NCBI GenBank assembly: GCA_012295275.1
Contig: CM022671.1
Span: 17,174,001 to 17,238,000 of the forward strand
Direction of reading: 5' to 3'
DNA length: 64,000 bases
Source: Chrysomallon squamiferum
Taxonomy: Eukaryota; Animalia; Mollusca
In this document: piece after piece, positions 37,385-52,300 of the stretch
How positions within the stretch are numbered: the first letter of the stretch is position 1
How the letters are laid out: every line of letters starts with the position of its first letter
The notes under the pieces: model-generated
Seen by the model: only the letters and a program-made list of their open reading frames with translations
Database searches by the model: none
Told to the model about the DNA's origin: nothing
Program-made: the position numbers and the translations under genes

Positions 37385-40300
37385 TATCAAATAAAAATAT
37401 CTGTTGATAAATGACTGTGGAAAAATAATCTTTTACAGATGTGACACACCAAAAATGTAATTTTGTATTTACTGATATCAAATAAGAAACTTCAAGCTGA
37501 CACTAACCTCTTCTGGGATGTTAGCTAGACGAGCAGCATTGAAACCGTAACTCTTTGGACAGGCTCCCTTGACAAACTTGTAGAGGAAAATAATAGTTTC
37601 ATTGGAAGGGTCATCTGTATTCTCATTCTCAACCATGCAAGCCTGAAAATATGGACAAAGGTACAAAATTAATAAACAGCTTCTTAAACATTTTTCTGAA
37701 TATACAATTTCTGTGAGAAAATGATATCAGTTTTAGTCTTTTCATCAGAAATGAAGAAAAACTTTTGAAACTTTAAATATTTTTTCAGCTAGTGTATGTC
37801 TTTATCTATACTTTTCTATCTATCTATATTTATACAGTGACTGTCACTCACCATGTGACCAAACCTGACGTTGCTGTCGTGACTGAACTCTTCAACCAGT
37901 GAATGGTAGTGAGTTGAAAACAGCGTGCGACAGCTCACTCTCTGAGACAACTCATTCACAACCGAACATGCAATCGCTGTTCCATCAAAAGTGGCAGTTC
38001 CACGACCTGTCAATAAAATAACAAATAAATAAATAAATTTAATTTTAATATTTATAGAAATCAGTTCTGTCATTTAAAACTGTGAATTTGTTTTAAAAAT
38101 AACACTGTAGAGAAAAGAAAAATCAAATTTAATTGTTTGATATTTTCAAGTAATATTTTTGCTGCTCAACTTATCCATAGACTTTATTAAAATTTGAAAA
38201 AGAACATGCGTATATAAAAATTTACTAGTATTATTTTATAATTTAGATTATTCAGCAGCATATACTGCATTAAAAAGAGCAAAAGAATGTACAGCTTTGG
38301 CTTTGTGTAAACACATTTTCATGTCATTTAAAAAATATATTTTTTAATATCATGACTTTAATTTTTGTGTGTTGAAAATGGAGAAATACACCTAAAAAAA
38401 TAAATGTTTTTACAAAAACTCAATTAATTTAATATTTGGAATTTTAATGAAGTATAAAAAGGTTTTAAGGACTCACCCAGTTCGTCAACCAGCACAAGAG
38501 AGTGGGGTGTGGCATGTTGCAAAATGGCTGAGGTTTCACTAAGTTCCACAAAGAATGTACTCTCACCTGAAATAACAACTCTCTTTATCAAAACCTGGTG
38601 TTTAGTTAGACACATACATACACACATGCATGCACACACAGGAACAGGCAGATATACACACTGCACATTCATATACACAAAGACATAGTGTTACTTCGCA
38701 TATAACAGTGTAAAAAAAACTATACTATTTACTCACTGTCAATCATACATCTTTATTAACACACATAGAGATACACATACATCTTTATTAACAGACAAAC
38801 AGATACACACACAAACACAAACATCCACTTGGTACTATTTTTCTATAGTTTCTAATAAATATGGCTGGTTTATATGGAAGTTTAATAATAAAAACTATTT
38901 TTGTATCACTTAACATGCTGTAATGTATTCTGCAATTTTTCATCCCATTTTCTGCACTTTTTAAAAGCATACACAAAGTGCAGATAAAAGAAATGAACAA
39001 TAGGAGTGATACAGACCTGCCATGATCCTGTCACTGGCTCCCAGTCTGGTGAACACTCGGTCTACTGGTGTGAGGCAGCATTTTGAAGCAGGAACATAGC
39101 AACCCTGTTACAAATGTTAATAGTCATTGTCAAGTATTTAAATAATATGGAATAATAATTCTAAACAAATCTTGATAAACAAATTTTATAATGCAAAAAT
39201 TAAGTCATGGTATCATTTTGAAACAGAAATATAGCTACCCAGACAAAAAATTTAACAGTTAATTATTATCAAATACTTCAACAATTATGGACTAATAATA
39301 ATTATAAACAAATCTCAACAAATACATTTTATAATGTTAAAGTTATGCAAAGATATCATTAGGCCTTTCAGGGCCATGTTTTTGGGTAACATATGCTTTC
39401 CAGCAAGAATTACCCAAGTGATAATTTAAGTTAGTCTGTTATGTTGATATATCTTGCCAACAGTGCCAAAAAGATTAAATATGCAATCAGTATATGATAC
39501 TGTATCTTTTAATTTTTATTTTTTTTTTTTCTTATTTAATTATTATTATTATTTTTTAAATCTAGCAAGTCTAAAATGCTACAATATTTGTGTTACATAA
39601 TTAAATATACAAAATTCTAAAGTTAATAACCTATGATCATTTTAAGATATCTGGTTTTTATTTTGCTTTTTCTTGCTTTTTAAACAAAATGTATCTATTT
39701 AGAAAAGAACTCACAATCTGAGCCATGATGGTGATAAGTCCAACTTGTCTCATTAAAGTAGATTTGCCTCCCATGTTTGGTCCTGTGACCAGCACCAGTT
39801 TACCACACGAGTAGCTTGCGTCTTCTTCATCTTCATTCTACAACAGAATGAATGAAAGACATCAACATCAAACTATGGTAAAGGTGAATACTTAATGACA
39901 GTCAATAATAATAAAAAAACCTCAACAATTACATAAAAACACAGAGCAAAAATTCAAATATCACAGACACATACAATTAAAACTGAGATATAAGTCAGAA
40001 TCAAACAGAAAGTGTAATGTAAGTTCCAGATGGAATAGAAATAATTCCATCACATATCTTGAACCAAACATGCATACTCTAGTTTCTAATTGGTACAATC
40101 TGCTATGCCAATAACTGAATAAAAGAACTAATTACATTAATTTAAATATAAATACACTTTCAACTTGTTTATCTCTCTTTCTCTGAATGAAACTGGTTTG
40201 AACAAAAACCCACAAGTTAAGAAAAAGATACAACACCAATATAAATTAATGTGAAGTTGTTATTATTCTTACATCTGCAGTTCCTATGACAGTGTCATTA

Positions 40301-43300
40301 GGAATGAAATCTCCACCAACAAATGTCTTTGAAATACAAGGATGTCGACCTTCTCTGATTTCAATAAAAGGCTGAAAGAAAAAAGAAAAAAAAAATCATT
40401 TGACAGTGAAATATAAGACACAGCATGGTTAACAGTGATATAATAAGAATTATACAAAATGAAAATGGGTAAATAAAGTATCATTGAAAAATTAATAGGA
40501 GATGCTCTATGATTAATAATGTAAGCAGAATGACAGGAAATATAATTGGATGAAGGTTCTGCAATCTATCAGTTAATGAGTAAATGTGTCTTTTGCAAGT
40601 CAGAAAGTTAATTTTGACAATTATTAAGTGTCAAGCTTATGAATTTTAGTACAACTGTGATGATGAAACATGATCTACCATTCTGTGAGCAGTATGTGAT
40701 GTTTTAACATTCTCCTCCTCATAAACAGTCAAAAGAAATATGACAGTTTTGATAAAAAAAACTAAATGTATCATGATCATTTTCTGAAAAATCATGAATA
40801 ATGATTAATTTAAAATTTATATATCAAGTGGAGGGTTAAAGAAATATTTTCTGATTTTTTTACCTCTGTGTCTTCACTTGGGTTGACAATCTGAGGTCGG
40901 CAGACAACTCCATCACCATGACGACTGAACTGTGCCAGGGAAATGAGGACATCAAGAAGAGACAGACATGAAACAATGCTAATCCATTTCTTGTATCTGA
41001 AAAAATAAAAATATAAAAAATAAAAAAGTTAACATCTGTAGCTTATAAAAAATAATACAGTTTTAAAGAAAAAGCCAAATTATTCAAAGTTTTATTTACA
41101 TAATATCTACTGTTCAGTTTACAAATGAAGAATCAGAATTCTATGAAAAACTGGATGGACATCAGTATAGTAATAATTATAAAACCCAGTTAAAAATGTC
41201 ATTCATTATAAAACAAAACCTGTCATCAATTTTATAAAATTTCATTTAAACATTTATTCTCATCTCCTATTAGGGATCTTTTATGGTAATGGTATATATT
41301 AATAAACTTCTGAAATTATCCTCCATGCTAACTATTCCATTTAGAAAGATATAAAATATATAAATAATAAGAATCATTTTGTAGTGTATCAACTGAAAAT
41401 CACCTTTCATCAAAGCTGTGGAATATGTGTCTCATTGTGTCTTTCAAAGCAGAATCTTTCCTTTCCTCAGCCTCTGTCAGAACAGACAACATCTCTTCTA
41501 TTTCCTTTGTTCTGTATCGCTTCCAGCCTTTCTTTGATGAGTGCAGCTCAAAGTGAGTCGGAACTCGCTTACAGGCAGATTCTGGTATCTCCATCTGAAA
41601 ACGATTCTTGCCGTTTCCCCAATAAACAATTTGCTGAAAATAAAATGATAGATTAAACATTAATCATAATTAATAATGTAGCAGTAACATAGGAATGTCA
41701 TAAATTTGTTTTAGAATAAGAAATCCACAGACTGCCGTTTGATTTTTAAGAAGAGTTTATAACATTTACAAAAAAATTGCAAAAAAAAATGATAAGAAAG
41801 AGTGGTTAAATGAGAATCCTGTTAATAGTTGTTTTCTTTCTATGTATAAATTATTAACTTACAACTTTGAAAAAAATATTTTAAACAAGTTTAAAAGATG
41901 GGGAAAATATTAAGAAAAGGTGGTTAAATGAAAATCTGTTATATTTTAGTTTATTTTCTTTTTTCATTACATAATTTAACATCACCATGAATTATCCATT
42001 TACTTCTTCACAGAAAATAAAATCCATTAATTCACTGGAATCGTTGTTTGGCTGGATATTAAAATAAACTTTTAAACAGGAATTTCACTGGTTTATCTGA
42101 AACCAGCTGAGAAAACCACTTACAGTTTCTGTTCAGGTAAGGTGATACTGAATTGTATGAGATACAAAAAGCAGGTTTAAAAAAATGTAAAGTCTATTTT
42201 CACAAACCCTGCAGCCGAGTTTGTCTCTCTGCTCATCAAGGTAATTATCCAGTTGTCTTTGAGCTGACTTCATGTCTGATTTGGCACTGTCATAGTCGGG
42301 GTTCACACCTGAACACATCAAGTAAAATGTAATAATTATTTTATAACATTTATCTACACATTTCTGAAGATCACAATATTTGTTGATAGTGTTAAAACTT
42401 GATATGACAGCTCAAAACACTGATATGCATGCAACTTTGAGGTTTAAACTAAAATATTATTTTATGAACCATTGTCATGATTGTGTCTGATAAAGAAACT
42501 AAACAGCGTAACTATAAAAAGTCTCATCACAAAGATATAAAACATAAACCAAAATGTGATAATGATTAAGCATGAATAAATAGTGAATATTTTTGTAGAT
42601 ATAACTGATAATAATACTTGAATGTTTTTTGCATTTTTACATTTTGTATTATCTACATTTACCAATTATTCACACAAACCTGGAGCTGGTATTATTGTCC
42701 CATCTTTTCTTGCTTTGTCGTGATCAAAAGCTGCCTAAAAAGAAGAGAAAAGTGAAATATTAAAACAGTACTATTGATGTCTATTCTTGTAATGAAAACG
42801 TAACCTAACAGATATTTACAGACCTCTTCTGATATAATTTCATTCAAAACAATTCAGATGTCTTCATTTTTGTTTAACAATCAGTTCAACCTGTAAACTT
42901 ACTTCAAAAAATTTCAAATCTTCAGAGATGTCAGGAAAATTCCCTTCTTTGTCTTCATACATCACTGTCTTTTTCAGTAACTTGGACCTTGAAAATAAAA
43001 ACAAATTAATTATCAGCATAAATCAACAATTAAACCCCAAAAAATCAATTAAAAATCCCTTGAAAATAAAAACTAATTAATTAACAGCATAAATCAAGAA
43101 TTAAGTTAACACAAGAACAATAAATTGTATATAACAAAATGATCTGATAAAACAACATTTCAACATTATGACTCTATAAAATGATAAAGTCTTCATTTTA
43201 TAAACTAATATGAACTGTTCAGTGCCAAGATATTTTTCTAAAACACAGTCACATTTTGCATGAGATTGCTTTTTAGTATTAATTACATCAATACCCCAAA

Positions 43301-46300
43301 AATATGCTAACATTCTCAAAAATTTAATCAAAAGATTCATACTTAAAACTGGATGTACATTTCTGGAACTGTTTCATAATTTTTACAGCTGACTTGAAAC
43401 CACCCAGTGCAGACAGAAAATCTTCAATTTTACGTTTACTAAAAATACAGAAATAAAGATATGTTTAAAAAAGGTGAAACAAACTTGAAATACAAATAAT
43501 ACAGTCTTAAAATATTAATAATAATGTTATAATTATAAGGATAATTATCTTAAAAGATAACTAATAGATAAATATAAAATTCATAATTAAGAAATACTGA
43601 ATAAAACTTTAGCTTCAAAGTTAAATAGTCATTTAATTATAAACATTTTAATAAGAGTATTTTAATGGACAGAATATAGCAAGCTATCTATGATTAATCT
43701 TCAATTTTATGTTGCTAAAAGACTGGTAATAATTAACAACACTGATGAAAATTTTGCTACAGAAGTACTCTGAAATATAATGTCAACATATTATATATGG
43801 GTAATGCCAAATAATTACAAGATCTTTGTGTTTTTCAGTGAAATGTTTAGGTTTTGTTAAAAATATATATCCACCTGTATGCAACTTCTTCATATAAAAT
43901 GGCTCGACTGTCAGGATGATCTTTAGCTGATTTCTTCAAGCCCAGGGAATGTATTCTGAAAAACAATGCAGAATTTTACAATCAATGTGTAATGAAAGGA
44001 TATGCATAAGTGTTACTAGGAATCATTATTCTCTCTTTCTAAACTTAAATTATGAACTAACAGCAGTATAAAAAGACTTCTCATTGTAAGTTCATAGATT
44101 TTGGACTATACAACAACACAAGTCTTGTAAAATAACAGTAGAGATGCTAAACTCAAAGGTATTTAGCTGGTATTCTTTTGTTTCATTCACATTAGTGAAA
44201 TTTAACATAACAAATAACATTCTATAAGTCATAGGAAGATGAAGCTGGTTTAATATGATGTTCAAATGTGATAAATACTTTTACACTATAAGAAAGAATG
44301 ATATAAAAATTAAAATTATAAACTGTTATACAATTCAATACAAATCTCAACAAGTTTTTCTCTAAATCAGGAAATTTCTTCTGAATGTTATATATCAACA
44401 CAAACCTTGACAGAAGTTTTTCCAAGTCAGGACATTTCTTCAAAATGTTGATAGTTTCAGACATGACATCAGGTACTGCCATTAGATCTTCCACAGCATC
44501 AAGTCTGTCGTCAATAGCAACTGGGTTACAGAGAGGAGCACACAGCCACTGCCTGAACAAACGTTTTCCTAGAAAATAAAAACATTTAACAACTCAGCAT
44601 TTACACATTCCACAAACAAGAACACATGTATCATAGCCTTTCATTTAACAGAGTAACTTTGTAAACAAAAGATATGAACAATTTCAATACATATTATAAC
44701 ATCAATTCTAATATTACTAAAGATTTATTATTATCAAAATATGTTGTGGTTTTTTTGTAAACAAAAAAATGATTTTTTTTATATTGTTTATCCATATTTT
44801 ACCATATTAGTAACATTAATATCAACCACACTAACTCTTTTAATTCTTTCATATGATGAACACATGTACACATGCAATCAAACAATTTTAATTCCAGGGA
44901 AAAAAAGGTGTAAAATAAATATCAGGAGACAATGTGTATTTTACCAAATGGTGTACAGCACTGGTCAAGTCTCTCAAGCAGTGTTCCCTCCTGTGTCCCA
45001 GTAGTCCCGTTTTCCACCAGATCAAGATTAGAAAGTGTAACTCCATCCAGAACCTGGATTATAATAACATATATTTAAAATTTTCAGAAGAAATTTAAGT
45101 TCTTTGAAGGAACAGATCTACATTAATTTATGAATCTACATGCACACCCACACACACACACACACCATAATGACAGACTTGAGTCAGAGAACTAAACATA
45201 TAATCACTGGCTTCTTTTACCATCATTTTTAGCTGTGAACTATACAGTTTTATTCAGTATAAATGTAAGAAATACTGACCATATGTTTTTGCTCAATTTT
45301 GAACTTGTCAGGTTTTTTCTCATCTGTAGTTACACAATCAACCGGTTTATATTCTTTAAACTTCTTCATAGACAATAAATCTTCATCAACCAAACTATAC
45401 TGTAAATACCTGAATATCAAACACATGAACTATGTAAATATTACCTTCAAATAAAACACATTAACTGAGTAAATATTACCTTCAAATAAAATACATTAAC
45501 TGAGTTATTACCTTCAAATAAAACGTTAACTGTGCAATTTTACCTTAAAGTAAACATATTATTTATTATCATTTTTTTTTTTTTTAAACTTAAAATCCTA
45601 CTTAGTAGTATTATTTTAATTATCTTAACAAATTTTTTTTTAATGAACATTAAAATTACTGTAATGTAAGAAAAACAATTTCCAGTGTTGTGTCCGTCAA
45701 AATAAAGCAAAAATTTTGAGTTGTGTGTTTATTAAATAATTATAAAATATTTTATTATTGTTTAAGAATATTTCACTAAATTTCAGTTAAAATTTAAAAG
45801 AGATAATATTTCAAATTCCTAAAAAATCAACTTTGGATTAAACTCTTGCCTATTTCTGAAAACAAAGGAAGGAAGAAGAATGAAATGTTTACCAAGTTAC
45901 GGCCCCTAGAGCTCTCACTGCAAGTTCATACTCTTCTTTAGCACTCATACCCAGAGAATCACCTGTAATTAAATTAATAGTTTATAAAAATAAATAAATA
46001 AATAAAACAGAAATATGCCACATACACCGATATAAAGGAGACAAATGAAGTAAAAAAGAAATAAACTTTTAACCAATAATAAAAACTTAAAATTAAAAAA
46101 TTAGGAATATGGATAAGATATTAAAACTAATTTTGAAACATTAATAAAATGGGTGCCATATATTATTAATAATTACATTCAAAATTACAGATTCAAACAA
46201 TAACTAAATTATTATCAAGAAAAATTAGAAATAACAACAACACTTACTGTCAGAAATCATCTTTTTAAGATCTCCTGGCCACTCAAAGTCTTCTCCTTCT

Positions 46301-49300
46301 TTCTGGAAGTATTTCTCTTCTGCCAGGTTTTTCAAGGTCTTACTGCTTTCCCAGAATTCTGTGCCTGGAGCCAGCCCATCTTTGATAGCAGTCAGCACAT
46401 TTGTGTTTATCGCCTGATAAGTCTTTACCGATATCTTGCCTCTTTCATACAAAACCTATATATATATATATATAAAAGAAAGAATTTTATTAACTTTTAT
46501 TTTTAAAACATCCTACAATACCTTTATTTATTGGTAATAACAAATGCTGTTAAATAAATATGAGTTAGTTGAATTTGTAATATTACTGGTTTTTCAAACT
46601 TAGTAAGAAATTTAATTGTTTTGTAATTCCTAACTAAAACTGTCTGTTAGAGTGGATGATTCTGGGCCAATGTGTAATTTATTTTGATAAATCTCAGATT
46701 TTTATTGGATATTAATGCAGTTAATGTAAATTTGTATTGCCTAAGCATGGAATAAAGTAATATAAAAGCCTAGAATGTGAGTTTCCATGAAAATTCTATA
46801 ATAAGAAAAATACAAAAATAATTGTCAGCTCCAGATATATCATGTCAGATCTGTCACGTAAATCTAACATTTAAAAAAAGAAAAGACAAAAATAAGAAAA
46901 TATTAGAGATATGTAAAGATATGTATGTGTTTTGGTTTTTGTGTAAAAAGCTAGTTCTTTGAAATGAAAGACACACCTGAGCTGGAGTGTGATGAGCTAT
47001 CAGAGTCCTCAGTCGTGAACAGTGTCGATCATCAGTGAACTGTCCTAGCTAAAAAAACAAATAAGGAAATAAATAATATAAATAATAGTACTACTGCAAC
47101 AACTACTATTACTATTGCTACTACTATTGTTACTATTATATATAATAATAACTGTATTAGTATTTAAGTTGAGAAAGCAATTCTGAAAAAGTTTAAATAA
47201 GAAGTCTAAATACAAAACAAATTTTATACTGTTTGAAGATTTAGAATCTTTAATTTTTTATTACATTTGTTCAAATTTTAAATACACTTACATGCCTTAT
47301 CTATAAAGAATAAATCAAACTTTGATACTCAGCAGGTTTTTCAAGAAAAATAAACTTTATAGGTTTAGCATTAACAAATACAAATGTCTTCTGTTACACT
47401 TACGTGAAAGTCACCAATACAAGTATCAACAAAACACACACCATAAATGCTGGAGTCATCATGTCTACTCTCCTGTTAAAAATGAAAAGAATATTAAAAT
47501 AAAATAAAATAAAATAAATTAATAATAGAATAATAATAATAATAATAAAAAGTTTAAAATCTTCTTTTTTATAGTTATTTATTAATTGCAATTGAAAATA
47601 AGGATACAAATACTTTTTATGAATATAAAAAAAAAAAACATTTATAAAAATTTTACTTTTTTTAAATTCAAAACTGTTCTTCATTCAATTTCATTTCAGG
47701 GGATTAAAAACTTAAGTCAAAGAACAAACCTGAGCCTTCAGTTTTCAGAAATATTGTTTGTACAAAGACTTGCTAAGATGTAACTGTAAGTGTTAATAAC
47801 ATGTGCAAACCTTTTCAGCTATTGCCAGCAGATAACTGCTTTCCGAGCTGACACAGTCTCCATCCGTCTGTCTGAAAGTCTTTGTTCCCTTTGAAGTAAC
47901 TCGACACACTTCCCTCCTCACTACTTTGTCAAATTTTGTGGGTCGAGACACTTAATAAAACAGATAAATAATAATACATTTTTTTAATGATATGAAATGG
48001 GATGATTTTTATTTTATTTTTTGTGATAGATATTTTAACCCTTTGGTTGCCAAATTTTGCCATCATACATATTTCTCAGCATCTGATCAAGCTTTATATC
48101 AAGATATCAGGCATCTGTTTTCAATTAACAGTTTTAACTATAAAATCTATTCCATTTAACTATAAAACTATTCCATCTTATCAATAAGATTTTTTTTTTT
48201 AAACAATTATCTGTTTACATTTAAGAGAAAATGTTCATCACAATGCTTCTGCCATCAAATGCTTGGTAATTATAAAAAGATTGAAAAAAAACAAGAATAA
48301 GAAAAAAATCTCAAGGACATGAACTTTTTTTAAGGCTATTTATACTATTTTAACAGACATATTTAAATAATAGCTCAATGAATTTTGTTATTCTGTAAAT
48401 GTAATCTATTATGAGTTACTTACAGTGTTTACATCTTTTTTCCATCATTTCTGGAGTTTCTGTCTGTTCTATTCTTGCCACTTTGTAACCTTTCTGAATA
48501 AGCACATCAGCATACCTGTCATACGCTATCTCTGGAAACCCACAGTGAGCATGGTCTCCCTGTAAACCAGATCAGCATAGTAAACTTAGTATTATACTTG
48601 CTGACCAAAACATTAAATAAAATCCTGTTTAAATCAGTGGATAAAAGAAACATCAAGTCAGGTAATTTAATTAAAATTTGATACATAATTTAATTATTTA
48701 GGATGTCCTTTCCTCAAACTGTGAATCTTAGTTTTAATAATTATATTGTCTATTTTTACAGATGTAAGGATTTCATTTAAACCTTTCTTAAAACAAAGTT
48801 AGGTGAAAATTAGCAGGTATTACTATATTTTAGATAAATCTCCCAGGTTGAACCATTTGAGACTTTTAAGGTCTATGTGACAACAAAGGTTCAACAATAG
48901 AAAATTTGAGTAACATACATTTTTGTCAATTTTAGTCACCAGTGGACCAATTTATTTGTTCACTGTACATTAGTTAGGAGGAGAATTCATTGAAAGTAAT
49001 TTATTTTTAATTAGTATAATGTCCACAATCCGATGATTAGGTATAATGTCATGAATCTCATTTCAATCTTAATGCCTCAAATGAGGTTCATCTGCACTAC
49101 TAGTCATGAGATTTAAGACATTGTTGTATACATTATATAAATAGTCCATTTTTAAACAAAGTTCACATAACTAAATAATTGCTTTCAAGGTAAAGCAAAA
49201 TGAATACACCTTGCTCTAAAAGCTAATTGTAATTATTTCATCATAAAACAACGATTATTACCTTCATGAAGATAAGACCAAGTTCATTCACACAGATTAC

Positions 49301-52300
49301 TGCATCCATGTGAAACAGCTCATAGAATTTACCCATCTGTAACAGAAACAAGTTTAACACTAAATTAATTCATAATTCATTCATAGATTTCATAGTTTTA
49401 GTTCTTGACACTATTCATTTTTGCATGCATGATATAAGATCTGCATTTCAACATATTCCAGTTTAGAAAACATTAACAGATTTTCAACAGATGTTCCAGC
49501 AAGAATTATTTTATGGTATTTATTATTTGTATCTTGGTTGCTTTTCCTTTTTTCTTAAATTTTCAAGGATTAATAATACTATAAAAAGAATACAATCATT
49601 TCTATTATTTAAATAAATCTTTTTTTTTTTTTTTTTTAAGTCTAGCAATTTCTGTCATTGATAAGATCAGTAAAATATAATAAATTGTGATTTACCTTAA
49701 AGAATAAAATAACATCAAAATGTCTGGCCTTCAGTTCCCACCATTGTCTCATGCCCTGAAAAAGATATTTATAACTGCTAGTTAATGTATGTTGACTACA
49801 ATAAAACAGTTATTTGGATGTTTTAAGATAAACCATGAATTCTCAAAAATTATCCAGCATTGTTAAAATGGTTAAAAAATTCTGTTGCAGTATATCATGT
49901 GGTGAACCTGTCAGAAGTTTTTCTTTTTCTATAATAAAAAATGATGATACCAAAACATAAAAGAATATCCTGTCTCGATAACTGCTACACAGGTTTGTTG
50001 TTTTATTATTAGCAAACACTGGTTGAAGCAAATAAATATATTTAGATTATTTCTGTGTGCTTCAAGTACATTTTGAGCAGGGTTTAAACTATAATTTAAC
50101 AAAAAAAAAAAAATAAATAAGAAATTAAACTTACTGGAGTCTGCTTCATCAGAAAGCTGTCAGGCACATAAAGAGTTTTAGGATCATATTCATCAAGACA
50201 CATTCTGCGTCCTTCTATATCCCTGAAAAATGTTTATAAATAACTCTGCTTATCTACTTTCCTAATGCTCTGCTCATCTTAATTATAGCTGATTTATTAC
50301 TAACTATTAATATAAATATTTTCACTGATTATGAAATTAACTCCTGATTTAACAGTACAAAATCAGATAACAGTATCAGTGAGAACATTCATATAAATCC
50401 TTTAAAACTTAGTTTAGTAACTGCTGAAAATAAAAATTTTAATTTTGTTTACGACTGTGCAATCAACAACAGATAATGCCAGGTTACAGTAAAAATAAAT
50501 GTTTCTACATTTAAGCATTGCTTGAAGTATATAAAGAGAGTGTAATATCATTTCTGAAGAATGCCTTATTAATTTGCAGACTTTCTTGCATATACCAGTA
50601 TGTTACAGACAATTTGACTAATGTTCTTTAATGCATATATTTCAATACAGTTTCAAATTCATGGCTACTAGGTGTTGATTTTATGTTTCGTGAAAAATGA
50701 TAATATGAAACAGGAAGAAGATGTCATCACTGATTAGAACCAAGGTATCTGTTTAATATCTTTCCATAGACTGAAACACATGCAGTGATAATTATGGAAC
50801 TCTGCTGGAATAGTAAAGAGCCTACCACAACTCAAATAATATCCTACATTTGGAAATTACATGATTAAAAAACTTTACTTGATTTTGTTTGGTTGTAGGA
50901 AATCTAACTTCAGGTGAGGAAAATCCCTGCTTCCTGACTCAGCAGACACATCATTTCCACTTGTCTAAAAAGGTGAAAAAAAAAAAGAAAAGAAAAGTAA
51001 ACTAATATATATCTTTATACACACATACTAATAATGTAAGTCAAAAGAATTTGTCTACTTTTATGTATAAATTTTTTATAATTCTGGTAATATCTAAGCT
51101 AGAAAAAAAAATCTTTATTTTTTTTTTTTTATAATCAAATAATAAATAATATTATCTGCATTATAATAAAAAATATATATTGTGGTTTTTTGGATTAAAC
51201 AGATATTTAACTTTTCTCAGTTGCTGAATATCGAAAATAAACATTTTTGACATTATCATCACATTATGTTTTCCATTCAAAATGTCTGAAATAGAAATGT
51301 TGTAGAAACAAGAAGAAAGAATAAAAAATAACACAATGTATTATTTCATTTTTTTTTTTTTTTTTTGGTATAGACTTTTAAACTATGCTTCAACTTACCG
51401 ACTCATTGGCAGAGAACAATGAAAGTTTAGATTTTGTTTTATCATTAACTGCGGGACTGAACGGAGTTCTCTTCTGTGCAGAAGACAGTGAAGTATTCAA
51501 ACAACGTTTTGATTCGGTTGACTTTGGTGTTTTGCTGCTTGATCGTTTTCTCTTTAAACTCTGAAAAAGAAAGAATTCTAAAAACCATCAACAATTTTTC
51601 AAACCAAATGTTAAAAACACTGAAATCAATTGTATTAAAAATATTATCTTCGAAAAATTAGAAAATAAAAATTAGTTAACTATAAGATATATATAGAAAT
51701 ATATCAGTGTGTAAATAAATATAAAGAGAAATAGCTAAACAAAGAAAAAATTATAATTAGTAAATGAGTTAGATAAAAATCAGTTATTTTGAGAGTCCTT
51801 GAATCTTGGTATATAGATAAGTAAAAACAGAAGAAGTAAAATAAAATTAGATTAGTTCTAACTTTGAGAAAAGAATTAACCATTATTAATTTACAGTTCA
51901 ATCATGTCTTTGTATCTGTATCATTTATTTATTTATATATATATATAAAATTCAATGAAGTTATATATAAAAAATCCATAAATTATACTTAATTAAAGAC
52001 ATGAATGTTATCTATCAGCCGAAACATTTAATTCTGTGTCTACTGCTTTTTACATAGGGTCACAATCTAAATTTTATACTGAAAATCGGATGCATATTTG
52101 TGTGTAAAATTAGAAAAATGAGAAAGAAATGTTATTTTAAACTGCACAAACTTTGACAGGAGAATCAGGTTCATCAAACGATTCATCCTCATGCAACAGA
52201 TCATCTTCATCAACACCACTGCTGACATCACTGTCATCATCATCTTCAACATCAGACTTCTCAGGTTTAAATTCATCTCCTATAAAAAAAAAAAAAAAAA

